Assembly (NCBI RefSeq): GCF_046119375.1
Contig: NW_027362767.1
Coordinates: 323,206,001-323,270,000, forward strand
Source of the DNA: Phyllobates terribilis
Lineage: Eukaryota
Direction: 5' to 3'
Length of the DNA stretch: 64,000 bases
The translations under genes were made by a program, and so were the position numbers. The notes beneath the pieces were generated by a model. That model saw nothing but the letters and a program-made list of their open reading frames with translations, ran no database searches and had not been told where the DNA came from. Below are positions 58,801-64,000 of the stretch, in pieces (positions within the stretch are counted from its first letter, which is position 1; each line of letters starts with the position of its first letter).

Positions 58801-61800
58801 GGTCTTGCATGAGCTGTGCACACACAGCGGTGTATGGACTGAATAGTAAGTCTTTATGTCCATACATTGCTCTGTGATGGTGAATGTAAGGTCTCACAGA
58901 CCGACTATTGCACCCGCACATCACTCTGTGTAGCGCATGCAAGATCTGTGCACTTCAGGACTTGGACCTTTACCGATCAGCAAGACTATGCGACGCGTAC
59001 AATATATAAAATTTTTTTTTTACAAAATAATAGTTACATTTTACGTGCGTTTGCATTCAGATAGAATATAAATTGAGTCTTAATTCAAACCATGTTTGCA
59101 TTCATTTTTATCTCAGGTCAAGAATATCCAGCTATTGTGGAATTTGCCCCTTTTCAAAAAGTGGCAAAAAGGAAAAGCAAGAAGAAGGATTCCAAGACTG
59201 GGACTATTGATGATGGTAAAGTGATATTAACCCATAAAAAAACAAAACCTTTCTGCGTTATTTCTGGTTTTTTTACCACTTTTTTAAGAACCTTAACTAT
59301 AATTAAATCAGGTTTTACAATTCAGTTTCGATTTGTTTATAGTCAAGTTTCCATTCAAAAACCCTATCTAAAATTTGGTACATAACTTTCTGTGAGAGTT
59401 GAAATCCTGGTGGCACAAATGAACATACTAAAAACCTTTTTGCTTCATCATGGCAGGGCTGCATGCTATCTAAACTGCAAGAAGGGCTTTATCATAAGTG
59501 GCCTAAGCTGCTGCTCCCATCCCTCATGCTTTACATTGCAGTTCTGCTTCTTCAGATTGGCTGCCTTTTTTTGAAAGGGCTGTCCACTACTGACTACCCC
59601 TTCTTCATTATTATATACCCCAGTGTAAAATAACAGATAATCACCTCCTTGTCCCCGCCGGGTCTCCCAGGACTTGCATGCAGGGAGTTGTAACGGTTGC
59701 TGCTTGCTACACAACGTTCGGCTGTGATCATTCATAAGCAAAACACACAAACTGTACAGCTGGCTGTCAGTCAGTGTGCTGGGGAGGGATTACAGTCCGC
59801 TTCATTGTGTAGTGATCAGTGACTAAATAAAACTTGAATTTCCCATTTTAGCTGCTGCTCCAGGATTTAAACTATATACATGTGTGAGGCAGTGAGAGGG
59901 GTCATATGCAAGGGACGGTATGTGTCTCCTAGGATATGCATAGAGGCATATTGAACCCGCTGGAGTGCATTGCTATAACAGACACAGCTGTGATTGCAGT
60001 GTAGAATAAAAGTAAAGTGTAACCTTGGTCAAACCATTTGGCCAAGTTAGATTTAAGAAAACCCAGTATGGGCTTTTATTCTTGGAGTGGACTACAGGAT
60101 GGCAGTGGGGCGGTCCACTCCATCCAGCCGGGTCTTACAAGTGGCTCATGGCCACAAACTCCTTTTTAAAACCTGCAGCAAAGGTTTGGTGTGTCAGTGT
60201 TGGGATTGCAAGCAGCATAGCAGGAAGCTCTGCAAGCTTGCGTGAGGCTGAACACAGGCCTGTGAAGGCAACATCCCTGATGCACCATAAGTGACACGGC
60301 TCGTCAGTCTCCCTCGACAACAGGAGTACACGGTCTGTGTGGGTAACCCAGCTGCGATCTGGAGGGCAGCTTTTTCTTTGGAGTGTGAGTTTTTGCTAAA
60401 GAAAGCCGTTTAAGTTGGACTTTCCTTGGGTCACTGCCTCATTACTGCACAGTCTGAACACCGCCGCGCTACGCATGGAATTTCTAGAGGTAACATGTTA
60501 CCTTTTTAAAGTTTGGATTAAATGTATTTTACTGTACCTACTGTAAAATATCTTGTGTAATTATGTAATCCTCCATTTCTCCAATCTTAGATCCAGAATA
60601 CAGAAAGTTCTTGGATTCATACAATATGGATGAAAAGAAGCTTACTTCCACCCCAGAGACACTGTTGGAAGAAATAGAGGCAAAAAACAAAGAAATGATA
60701 GGTTAGTGAATTAGTCCTTATTTTGGATTACCTATTTCACTTGGGCAAGCAAGCATTGTACAGTAGTCAACATGATACTGCCATGGCTCAGGTTTTTGTG
60801 TTAAATATATGTTTAACAATATTGGACAATTGTGTTTTACCAAACCAAAATCATTATTAAAAATTAGAAACATTGCCATTTTCACACTAACCACTGTGGT
60901 TCTTTTAGACTTTAATTTCCTTTTGTTTCAGGAAATCCACATGTAAATTAGCAGCAATGATCAGACTCTGACACTATCTATTGCATAGATGAGACTGTGC
61001 ATAGCCTATTGTGAAGGGAAGAGGTGCAGGGTCAGCTGTGACATCACCTACTGTGAATGGATAATCCTGTGTTATAGAGCTGGTAGTTGGCATTGTAATC
61101 CTGCATCTTAGGGCAGGAAGTATGAGTCTAAAATGGCCCCATTGACCAGTGGGAAAATTTCTAATTTAGTTTTTTAAAATAAAGATTGTGATGTAAAAAA
61201 ATAAATAAATAAATAAATAATCATCACAAAATCTTGATTTAAACAATAAGTAATTTTCTGACGACACATGCCATTTAAAGGGGCTTATCCAGCTAGGTAA
61301 AAAGTGATTTGGGTGTGATGAAAATTTAAAATATTGATTACTTTAATGAAAGGGGCTTGATTTGATAAGTAGATTAATAAGTTGTATGAATATTAAAAGT
61401 GCATAATATGTAGGTGCACAGCCCCTTAAAGCAAATAATAAGAACATTACTCAAAACTTACGGATTTTCAGACTGTTACACGGGAAATATTTTGACAACT
61501 AATATTAATCACTTTGTTATACAGCTAAGAAGACAACTCCACTGTTAAGCTTCTTAAAAAATAGACAGGTAAGAATTTCATTTGATTTTCATAATTTTTC
61601 TGTTAGTTTGTGTGCCCACTATGCGTTTAAGCGTTTCCACAGCGGCAATTCTGCTGCAGAAATGCTTAAACGCTTGGTAGAAGGTCTGCCATGTTCCCCA
61701 ATGATACTCTGCATGTGCTGCGGAAATTTCCGCTGCGGAAAAATCCGCAGCACTACCAATTATTTTGCGTAATCGTGGCGTTTTCGCCGCCATTGACTTG

Positions 61801-63725
61801 CATTGAATCGTTTAATATCCGCATGACTTCATGTACACATTGAGATATTAAGCGATTCAATGTGTGGATGGTACCCGGGTCCGGAGAAGAGGAGACTCTT
61901 CTCCAGGACCCGGGTACCATAGTACCTGTAAAAAAAAAAAAAAAGTTAAAAGAAAAAAATACATTATACTCACATTGAGATGGCCCCCTGCCTTTTCTCC
62001 GCATCGTCTGGTCTCTTGTACGGCTCGCGGTGGTCTAAAAGAACTTGCCATGACGTCATTTAGTCATGTGACGGGTCACGCGACCGCTGACGTCGGCGGT
62101 CGCATGACCTGTCACATGACTAAATGACATCATGGCAGGTCCTTTCACACCACCGCAAGCGGTACAAGAGACCGGACGCAGCGGAGAAAAGACCGGGGGC
62201 CATCGGAAGGTAAGTATAATTTTTTTATTTTTTACCATTTTTAATCTTTTTTTTTTAAACTATTAACTTGGTTACACTATATAAATCCATGCCGGTTGCA
62301 TGGATTTATATAGTGCGACCAAGTTGTCAAGCACTTTCCAAGTGATGCTAAAATCGCTTGGAAAGCGCTTGACAACCTGCAAGCGGAAATGCATGTGAAG
62401 AACGCTTCACATCCGCATGTCCCTGGCAGGAAAGACGCATGTACAATCCGCATGCGTTTTTTTCTGCCAGGGAGATGCAGAAATGCTCAGGAAAAATCCG
62501 GAGCATTTCTGCATCATGGGCACATAGCCTTAATGATTCTATTGGTTCAGTTTTATATTTTTTTTAAAAAATGTCATTGTATATTGGAGCAGGTTAGCTT
62601 AAAAGGGGTTCAGGGACAAGCCATCATTTATTACAGTGTTATGTTAGTTGTTTGGCTGTATTGACTTCCCTAAATTGTGCCGCTCGCAGAACACATTACT
62701 GCTACATGCGGAAAAGATGGTTTATTCAAACCAGCAGTGCAGTGAAATGTTTTAGGTGGTCCTTATCTGCAAATTAGGGACATTTTGTATTCCCTATGCT
62801 GGGTTCTGAAAATATAATTTTTTTTTCTCTGATTTGAGTAGGTGGGAGCTTCCTTGTGTAATAAACTAACTGGTTCTTTCAGTCCAAACGGACAGTGTAA
62901 ACTAAGCACATAGCCCTGTAGGGTATAGCCCCCCATAAAAGTGACAGCCTTAGCAATCTAATTGCTGCCACTGTTCTGCAGGAATTAGGATGCTCTGTGC
63001 ACCCGTGAGGTGGACAAGAGGCTCAGTGCACTGTTCCACCCACTGGTTTTGCATGCTTCCGCCTCCATCACTGGTGATTCACAGCTTTTGGTTTGCCTGC
63101 TCTTTCTCTGCAGACAGTACTTGCTGGAAGGAAGCCTGCACTGTCTATCACCAGTGACGGAGGCGAGGCATGCAAAACAAGGGAGCAGAAGGGTGCACTG
63201 AGCTTCTCATCCACACCAAGTGTGCAAGGAGCCTCATAATTAGCATATTCAATTAAACTATATTTTCTGCAGAATGGATGCAGCTACTAGAGCACTTAAG
63301 AGCACTGTGTGGAGTTTGTGTTGAGTGACTCCTTTTAAGCCCTTCAGTCTGCTTCCTGCTTTCACTCCTTGTTTCCCTTTAACCAAAAGTGGGAATAGCT
63401 GCAGCTACATCTCCCTCCTCGTACCTGACTTTTCATTACTGGACAGATGGTTTTGGAAGCTTAAGTCATTGAGCCTGCAAACAAGGAAAGGATGGCGACA
63501 GGCTTTTATAACCTCTTTTTATGCTTGACTTTTCAGAGAATAAGAGATGAAAAGCGTGAAGAGAGAAGGAGGAGAGAACTCGAACGTAAAAGATTGCGGG
63601 AAGAAGAAAGAAGGAAGTGGAAAGAGGATGAAAGAAGAAAAAGGAAAGAAGCAGAAAAACAAAAGAAATATGAAAAGACTCCAGAGAAAGAAACTGAAAG
63701 AGGAAAGGATGAGCCTAAAATTAAG
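51071..63725 (+). CDS. UPF3B: Regulator of nonsense transcripts 3B, exons 1-7 (3'-partial, continues beyond the window)
   Basis: join(51071..51175,57826..57932,58046..58152,59117..59215,60591..60701,61525..61568,63537..63725,...). MKEDKENTKP..., VVIRRLPPSLTKEQLEEHLQPLPEHDYFEFF, LFPHMFSRAYINF...FRDRFDGYVFIDHRGQEYPAIVEFAPFQKV, DPEYRKFL, KKTTPLLSFLKNRQRIRDEKREE. UPF3B rather than UPF3A by synteny with NDUFA1/AKAP14/NKAP. Confidence 0.95.
51250..53953 (+). repeat. About 32-50-bp compound minisatellite ACGGTCATAGGGAGCCTG(C/T)GGGC(C/T)(GT)n, left block (about 75 units)
   Basis: Starts about 75 bp after the UPF3B exon-1 donor. Fixed core plus a variable (GT)n tract. Confidence 0.95.
53954..55126 (-). 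mobile_element. Probable solo LTR (Gypsy-like), about 1.17 kb, inserted in the minisatellite
   Basis: Unique sequence bounded by TGTGACGCGCCCC...GGGTGCTACA (TG...CA, imperfect terminal IR), with TGTG on both sides, inside a (GT)n tract. No coding capacity. Orientation is inferred. Confidence 0.7.
55127..56228 (+). repeat. Minisatellite right block, variant ACGGTCGTGGGGGAGCCTGCGGGCT(GT)n (about 28 units)
   Basis: Same architecture as the left block, with core CGTGGGGGA instead of CATAGGGA. Confidence 0.95.
57383..57676. mobile_element. hAT MITE near the 3' end of UPF3B intron 1
   Basis: 8-bp TSD GAAATAAG at 57375-82 and 57677-84. TIR CAGGGCTGTGGAGTC. Confidence 0.88.
61606..62529. mobile_element. 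Harbinger-like MITE (about 920 bp) in UPF3B intron 6
   Basis: TTA TSD at 61603-05 and 62530-32. Homologous to 42871-43726. Central nested hairpin at about 61960-62230. Confidence 0.8.
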
Positions 63726-64000
63726 GTACTTAGAATGACACATGGGAATCTGATTTAGTGATTAGGTGAAAAAAAAAAAAAAAAAAATAATAATAATCTG
63801 CTATTTAATTTGTAACCTGCACGAAAGAGTCAAGATCCTGCAACCATTAAACCAGTACCGGACAACCTATTTTTACTGGTCCCAGTGTGCTGCATTTAAA
63901 AATAAATAACTAAATAATAATAATAAAATAAATAACAAAGCAGCACTTCAAGTAATCTACTTTTAAGTTTATACTATTATTTTCTGTCCACAGTACCTCT

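Overview
Vertebrate genomic DNA, most likely an anuran frog (inferred from the MITE, Tc1 and Penelope repertoire). It covers the conserved NKAP-AKAP14-NDUFA1-UPF3B block. I reconstructed five spliced genes by hand, all with GT-AG introns and consistent phases: NKAP (+, 9 exons, 365 aa), AKAP14 (-, 5 coding exons, 179 aa), an unnamed signal-peptide/Reeler-domain/GPI-tail gene between AKAP14 and NDUFA1 (+, 5 exons, 207 aa), NDUFA1 (-, 3 exons, 70 aa; absent from the ORF track) and UPF3B exons 1-7 (+, runs off the window). NDUFA1 and UPF3B are head-to-head, with ATGs about 710 bp apart and no RNF113A between them. The most striking feature is that all three housekeeping genes carry a kilobase-scale minisatellite at the end of exon 1. 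In NKAP (77 bp, about 62 copies) and NDUFA1 (70 bp, 15 copies) the unit is the exon-1 tail plus the 5' splice site itself, so each pre-mRNA carries many donors, and use of any distal one introduces a stop codon. In UPF3B a (UG)n-rich array starts about 75 bp after the donor and is split by a solo LTR. The window also holds three full-length Tc1/mariner elements (one with DD38E spacing; one intact DD34E ORF with nested MITEs), hAT, Harbinger and T2-type MITEs, a V-SINE and Penelope-type remnants with hammerhead-like motifs. Most ORFs in the track are repeat artefacts.
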